From Octopus sinensis (lineage: Eukaryota), in contig NC_043014.1 in the NCBI RefSeq assembly GCF_006345805.1, forward strand, positions 43,400,001-43,464,000: a stretch of 64,000 bases of DNA, given 5' to 3'. The notes beneath the pieces are model-generated. The model was not told the DNA's origin, searched no databases, and saw nothing but the letters and a program-made list of their open reading frames with translations. This document shows, in pieces, positions 63,455-64,000 of this stretch. A program made the translations under genes and the position numbers. Every line of letters starts with the position of its first letter. Within the stretch, counting starts at the first letter, position 1.

Positions 63455-63683
63455 TTAACCCTTTTGTTACTGTATTTATTTTGAGATGCTCTGTGTTTCT
63501 TTCAATTACTTTAAATATAACAAAGAATTTAGTAAAATAACTTAGTTATCATTCAGCTAGTGTCAGGAACATAAATTGTGACTAAGGTTTGGTGGAAGAT
63601 TTTAATTTGATACTTATGGAAACGAGACATTTGTACAACAGAGCCAGAGCCGGTTTTAGCCGGGTTGGTAACGAAAGGGTCAA
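63455..63683. mobile_element. piggyBac-type MITE family H
   Basis: TTAACCCTTTTGTTAC / GTAACGAAAGGGTCAA. Confidence 0.85.
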
Positions 63684-64000
63684 ACTGGCCATATTAGGTA
63701 AAGAAAAATTTTTTACCTGTTTAACATTTAAATCAGCTAGATATAGCCTCTCACACCTGCCCTACAGTGTCATTCCAAAAATAAAACCAAGATGATGTAC
63801 GATTAAACCAGCTTTATCTGGCTAAAATAATCTACTTACATTATCTTCAAACTTGCTAGATCCAGCCTCTCACATATCAGAGACTATAAATAAACAATCA
63901 CATCATTGAAATCTCAAAGCTACAAGCTACTACATGACTAATTCATATCAATGTGAATAAATAAGAAATACATTTGGTAGAGTAATCTGAATGCTAAATG

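Overview
Repeat-dense, AT-rich eukaryotic DNA. The SINE and MITE families look like those of Octopus, a coleoid cephalopod; this is my recognition, not a search result. No host protein-coding gene, true tRNA/rRNA gene or CRISPR array can be supported, and almost all ORFs in the track come from microsatellites or SINEs. The window contains: (i) about six tRNA-head or RTE-tail SINE families, labelled A-F here as my own working names; (ii) decayed RTE and CR1-type LINE ORF2 fragments; (iii) DNA-transposon MITEs with readable TIRs/TSDs (piggyBac TTAA, hAT 8 bp, Merlin-like GG termini with 8 bp, pogo/Tc TA) and two non-autonomous Helitrons; (iv) several tandem arrays and long palindromes. The most interesting signal is three separate short-element families carrying minimal hammerhead-ribozyme-like motifs of the Penelope type. 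One family is fused to a tRNA-like Pol III head in a head-to-head palindrome, one forms a two-ribozyme palindrome inserted in (TA)n, and one has a recurrent non-canonical core. Also notable are SINE insertions with about 200-bp and 50-bp target duplications, a (TAA)n-targeted 555-bp element, and weak candidate exons of an unidentified minus-strand gene.
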